Of a stretch of 64,000 bases of DNA, positions 60,612-64,000 are shown piece by piece; within the stretch, counting starts at the first letter, position 1; each line of letters opens with the position of its first letter. This DNA is from Sedimentisphaeraceae bacterium JB056 (GTDB taxonomy: Bacteria; Planctomycetota; Phycisphaerae; Sedimentisphaerales; Sedimentisphaeraceae): positions 224,001 through 288,000 of the forward strand of contig JBITAJ010000021.1 of the NCBI GenBank assembly GCA_044440125.1, given 5' to 3'. The translations under genes and the position numbers were made by a program. Below the pieces are notes generated by a model. It was not told where the DNA came from. It saw nothing but the letters and a program-made list of their open reading frames with translations, and made no database searches.

Positions 60612-63128
60612 TTAGTTTTCAAATACATATCTGGCAGTATTGTTATCATCACTGTCAGGTACATTTGTCATTATACCGGAAACCTTCGCACCATCTGAGA
60701 AATAAACCGTTGCCTTCAGCCCCGTAATGGCACCATCAATATCACCCCCGGACCAATCATCTGATTGACCAGGCTCAAGGCCGTCACCTGATGGGTCCAA
60801 GTACAAAACTTTCGCCAAATTGTTGTCATTATTTCCATTAGCTGCAGGGCCGGGAGTAGTTGTGAATATTGAACCTGAATTAGCGGTATCAAAAATCTTA
60901 CTGTCGGCTTCAATTACTACGCGCTGAATTTTCACAGAATCAGAATTGTTGTAAACACGTAACCTGTAATCGTCATACTGATCGTATGGATCAACTTCTA
61001 CCCTCACATCATAAACATTTGTCAGCTCAAGCAGCATTCTGTCCCTATGGCCGTCATCAGTGTCCATTATATTACGGAACACGCCCTGTAAGGAATAGCC
61101 ATTGCTATAATATACAGTAGCCATCAAACCATGTTGACCTAAATAATCCATATCATTACCAGAGAGGCCGGTAGCCGTATAACCGGCTGCTAAACCTGAA
61201 CCAAAATCAAGAACTGCATAGTTAGAATAGTTAGCGTTATTATCATGCAAACCGCTTGGCGTTACTGTATAGTCTGAAGTATTGGCAAACAAATCGAATA
61301 TTTTGTAGCCATGGCACCACAGAACTATCTTTTCGATTGAAGCATCTGAGTTACTGTTATTTGTAACTGAAAAAGTGAAATAATATCCAGAATGAGTTAC
61401 ATCCAATTCTAAATTACACGCCAAAGCCGGTGTCGTGGATTTAATTACAGGCTCACCTGTTGTCCAATTCAAGTCATAAGTATGAACTTGGAAAGGAGAA
61501 AATGTGTCTTGAATCAGACCATTAGAATAAACCCATACATATTCGCTTGAATCTTCGCTGGCACCGATTCTATTAGCTCTGGTGTAACTGGTGTCAAGAT
61601 TGTGGTAGAATCTTGCATTTGTTAAAGTTTGATCTGAAACATTTTGAGCAATAATTATAGGTTTGTTCCTGCTGGGATCATAGTAAACTTTCGCAACAAT
61701 ACGATCATCTTCAACTTCTTTAATACCGCCTAAGATTTCACCACCTGCTAAAGCATCTCCAATATCGTCAAAGGCTGTCTCTATCGGGGCAAAAACATCA
61801 TCAAGCCAGCTACTGCCGTCATAAGCATAAGGATACGATCCGCCAAGCGCAACACTACTTAAGGCACGATAATAAGTAAACCATATAAGTGAATCTGCTC
61901 CATTAAGAATACTGAAATTAGCCATAGCATCGGCCTCTGACAAACTTGGAAGCCTTAGATCATAATATAAATCTCCCGAACTCGTGCCAGACTGCCTTCC
62001 AAGTGATTGCTGAATTGGAATAAAGTCCCTTCCATAGTTATTCAATACAGAACCATGCCCCGCTGTAACAGCCATCCAAGAAGAATTGGTGTTACTTCGC
62101 CAGAAATCCATTGATCCATATGCCGTCTGAACCGGGTATGGATATTCATCAAACAACATTATATCAAACGCTTCATGGTACTCCTGTACTTTACAATGCC
62201 ACGGATAATAAATAAAGGTTAATGCTATCGGCAAAGAACTCAAAGACCTTATCTTATCATAGGCTGCTTCACAATTAGCGGCAGAAACATCATGACCATC
62301 CGGCTCATCATATAAATACCATGCAAGTATAGCTGGATGATCTTCTCCGTTGGTCTGTAAACCTGTCACAAATGTTTCTATGTCTGCTAAATCAGCGTCT
62401 TCAACTGCGGCAGGAGGAATTTGAACCATTACTTTTAAACCTTTGGCCTGGCAGGCATTAAGGTAAGTAAACGAATTGGATGGGCCATAGTAATTCATAA
62501 CAACATCAGCATCAGCATCATCTTTAACTCTGGTATAGGAGCCTGATTCGTAAAAACCTAATTCAAATGATGGATCAGGCTCAGTAACCTCTACATAAGA
62601 CAGGCCGTCATACCATGTCCTGTCTCCTCTCGCCGCGATATAAACATCTATTTTGCCGGAAATATCCGCAACAGCAGATCCGACAAGATATTCATATTGC
62701 GGACCGACACCTGTCGCGTAACCACCGGTCAGGTCACTGTTAGAAGCAACCGCAGCAGTAACTACCTGAGGATCTGCCGTAGAATCTAAAGTAGCACCCA
62801 ATGACCATACCTGAGATGTATGCCCAAAATAAACAATTCTGATATCATAGGTCTTGCCCGAAGTCAAGCCGGAAATAGTAGTAACCAGATCATAATCGTT
62901 CCAGAACCCCTCTAAAATAGTGCCGCTTTCAACTCCCCATGACCCCGTTCTTATGTGCCACAGAGCACCGCTGCCGTCAGTAGTGTTATACCATGGCGTG
63001 GTATCATCTATCGCAGCCGTATTTGAAGCACTGGCATCGACATAGGTTCCGGTAATTGCCGCATTCACAACGGTTATCTGGAATAATAGAGCCATAACTA
63101 ACAGCATGTAGTTTCTTTTGATACACAT
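60612..63128 (-). CDS. Secreted multi-domain protein with clan GH-A-like barrel and two C-terminal beta-rich repeats
   Basis: Signal peptide; HPAILAWYLYDEPD, FDIMLFDEYP, GADSLIWF; duplicated NNS...I..(I/V)V(L/I)...KIFD...GL.ATVY(Y/F)S(N/D)G unit. Confidence 0.6.
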   Translation of the reverse strand: MCIKRNYMLLVMALLFQITVVNAAITGTYVDASASNTAAIDDTTPWYNTTDGSGALWHIRTGSWGVESGTILEGFWNDYDLVTTISGLTSGKTYDIRIVYFGHTSQVWSLGATLDSTADPQVVTAAVASNSDLTGGYATGVGPQYEYLVGSAVADISGKIDVYIAARGDRTWYDGLSYVEVTEPDPSFELGFYESGSYTRVKDDADADVVMNYYGPSNSFTYLNACQAKGLKVMVQIPPAAVEDADLADIETFVTGLQTNGEDHPAILAWYLYDEPDGHDVSAANCEAAYDKIRSLSSLPIALTFIYYPWHCKVQEYHEAFDIMLFDEYPYPVQTAYGSMDFWRSNTNSSWMAVTAGHGSVLNNYGRDFIPIQQSLGRQSGTSSGDLYYDLRLPSLSEADAMANFSILNGADSLIWFTYYRALSSVALGGSYPYAYDGSSWLDDVFAPIETAFDDIGDALAGGEILGGIKEVEDDRIVAKVYYDPSRNKPIIIAQNVSDQTLTNARFYHNLDTSYTRANRIGASEDSSEYVWVYSNGLIQDTFSPFQVHTYDLNWTTGEPVIKSTTPALACNLELDVTHSGYYFTFSVTNNSNSDASIEKIVLWCHGYKIFDLFANTSDYTVTPSGLHDNNANYSNYAVLDFGSGLAAGYTATGLSGNDMDYLGQHGLMATVYYSNGYSLQGVFRNIMDTDDGHRDRMLLELTNVYDVRVEVDPYDQYDDYRLRVYNNSDSVKIQRVVIEADSKIFDTANSGSIFTTTPGPAANGNNDNNLAKVLYLDPSGDGLEPGQSDDWSGGDIDGAITGLKATVYFSDGAKVSGIMTNVPDSDDNNTARYVFEN

Positions 63129-63622
63129 AACGATTCCTTTAAAAATTTAACATAACCAACAAAACTTTTGCCTGACAACACATTGAACAGGCAAACCTGT
63201 AATACTTGTTTCTAAGAATATCAGTTGATGATAATCTTGCAGGCAAATCTTTTTTAAAAGTCTCTGCCATTTATAAAGCAAACGTGATCACTAAGTTGCA
63301 ACTCGTATACTCTACTAAAAAAAAAGATAGTATACAATTGACTTTATATCACTTTTACCATACTGAATTAACAATAACCTGTATTTGACTTTTTTGAAAC
63401 TCTACATTCATTTTTGAAGCACATGTAAAATTCAAGTTTTAATAACTGTTTTTTTATCTAAGGCGATGTAGTCTATGGCAGCAATTTCAACAACAAACTG
63501 AAGGTTCTTTTTCGCCACATATATATAAGTTTTACAAAATAAACTTGCCTGCTGTTTTTTTTAGCGTATAGTACAAACATGTACTCATCAAATATGTTTT
63601 TTACAATGAAAAGGTCAAACTA

Positions 63623-64000
63623 ATGAGAAAGGCCATTACTAACATCCATTATTACGTTAAGGATTCAGTGGTTCATCTTACATGGCTGATGCATCATTCG
63701 ATATTCGAATCTCAGCAATCCAATTGCTCATTTGAACAATTTGAAATTTATCGTAAAGAGGTAGACTTCGTTTTCGGAGTTGACTATGATGAATTCTTTT
63801 ACAATCTGGATTTCACTAAAGCAGAGCTTGTTTTCTCCGGCAGGATTGAACCGGAAAACAAGCGTAAGTTTTCTTTCGTAGACAAAAATATCGAAATAGG
63901 AAAAACCTATGGCTATTACATAAAATCAAAAAATGGTGATATATCAGGACCACTGCCATTAAAGATAAGAGACGGACATGTTTGGTGGAGCTATGAAAAA
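63623..64000 (+). CDS. Partial CDS running off the right edge; FN3-like N-terminus, function unresolved
   Basis: Not in the ORF track; 126 open codons MRKAITNIHYYVKDSVVHLTW...FEIYRK...FSFVDKNIEIGKTYGYYI...WWSYEK, with AAAGG upstream. Confidence 0.65.
   Translation, partial: MRKAITNIHYYVKDSVVHLTWLMHHSIFESQQSNCSFEQFEIYRKEVDFVFGVDYDEFFYNLDFTKAELVFSGRIEPENKRKFSFVDKNIEIGKTYGYYIKSKNGDISGPLPLKIRDGHVWWSYEK

Noticed and set aside
63188..63260. c-di-GMP-I riboswitch suggested by GGCAAACC
   Set aside because: No GNRA-capped stem or downstream GCAAAGC-type element is visible, and the motif is explained by the local inverted repeat.
5..63388. Numerous short ORFs (about 60-240 aa) in the track, e.g. 11516-12235, 32489-32977, 54656-55147
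   Set aside because: Almost all lie antisense or out of frame within long motif-bearing genes and show no recognisable motifs; treated as shadow ORFs.
63650..63659. Third TATTACGTTA copy as a LacI operator
   Set aside because: It lies inside the coding sequence of the partial right-edge gene, far from locus 1; likely chance.
1..64000. CRISPR array, rRNA, prophage or defence genes
   Set aside because: No regularly spaced repeat-spacer pattern, rRNA-like sequence, or phage/defence protein motifs were seen by eye.

Overview
Bacterial glycan-utilisation region, most consistent with a planctomycete of the Phycisphaerae type. This is inferred from N-methyl-pilin-like genes with a C-terminal H...D(G/L)H motif, many secreted proteins with Cys-flanked dockerin-like motifs, and the absence of SusC/SusD. 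Locus 1 (1-35.4 kb, all minus strand) has a LacI regulator, a DUF5722-like GH, an MFS-GPH transporter, LamG/Calx-beta proteins, a pilin-like gene, CapA, a D-aminoacylase, GH42-like and GH99-like enzymes, three paralogous NPCBM+(a/a)6 enzymes, an esterase and two amidohydrolases. A 3'-half tRNA-Asn fragment with att-like repeats lies at 35.8 kb. Locus 2 (36-54 kb) is bounded by a 44-bp direct repeat and has a GntR/LacI-type regulator, a propeller-like protein, a second pilin-like gene, a large GH42-like enzyme, (a/a)6 proteins, an MFS transporter, an AGE-like epimerase and a divergent catabolic operon. A transposase remnant follows, then a glycerate module and further secreted GH-like genes. 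The most notable signal is a twice-repeated cassette (stand-alone tagged binding module, stem-loop, pilin-like gene, enzymes) with nine dockerin-like-tagged proteins, one with its tag out of frame behind a T9 tract. Family calls come from motif recognition only; no searches were run.
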